Shown here in pieces: positions 63,772 to 64,000 of a DNA stretch of 64,000 bases. The position numbers and the translations under genes were made by a program. Where the stretch lies: sequence record OZ035762.1; one strand, written 5' to 3'. The notes below the pieces were generated by a model. It was given only the letters and a program-made list of their open reading frames with translations, was not told where the DNA came from and did not search any database. This DNA comes from Felixounavirus LF82P1. The number at the start of each line of letters is the position of its first letter. The stretch's first letter is position 1.

Positions 63772-63807
63772 AAGGGGAAACATGGTTAATTATTTGGAGA
63801 AAACATA

Positions 63808-64000
63808 ATGAGTGAGACCGTTTACAAAGAACTTTATGAAGCTAATAAAAAGCTAGAATTTATGCAGAACACTATCATGGCAATTGCAGATAGATTATCT
63901 GTAGCAACAGGTATTGATATTAAAGAAGCATCTATGGATGCACTTCTTGATGCTGTTGATGCAAAGTTCGAAGTTAAGAAAGAAGAGACTGCTACAGACT
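63808..64000 (+). CDS. hypothetical protein, N-terminal part (continues beyond window)
   Basis: ATG 63808 preceded by GGAGAAAAC; open to window end. Confidence 0.4.
   Translation, partial: MSETVYKELYEANKKLEFMQNTIMAIADRLSVATGIDIKEASMDALLDAVDAKFEVKKEETATD

Overview
AT-rich window (roughly 60% A+T by eye) from a virulent tailed dsDNA phage genome; everything below is read by eye from the sequence and the supplied ORF track, with no searches run. Left third (1-9.8 kb): leftward genes including a partial dihydrofolate reductase, an ATP-dependent DNA ligase, an HNH-AP2 homing endonuclease and a family-A DNA polymerase. 10-39.7 kb (plus strand): replication and nucleotide-metabolism module (dNMP kinase-like, T7 gp4-type primase-helicase, SSB-like, 5'-3' exonuclease, class I RNR NrdAB, glutaredoxin-like, anaerobic RNR NrdDG), a Prs-like/NAMPT-like NAD+ pair, rIIA/rIIB-like genes, a secreted lytic transglycosylase with an overlapping spanin pair, and a macro-domain protein. 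40.1-46.1 kb: tandem array of 15 small ORFs, each behind a conserved promoter/hairpin/RBS cassette, followed by a 1.6-kb ORF-free iteron-like region. 47.7-55.9 kb: leftward genes including a T4-type lysozyme and an Ig-like-repeat protein. 56.1-63.7 kb: a Ro60-like TROVE/vWA protein followed by a cluster of about 27 tRNA genes interrupted by an HNH endonuclease gene, plus several non-tRNA structured elements. The most interesting of these is a circularly permuted tRNA-like module enclosed by a covarying helix, a candidate Y-RNA-like partner for the Ro60-like protein. Gene content resembles Felix O1-like myoviruses, but that assignment is inference only.
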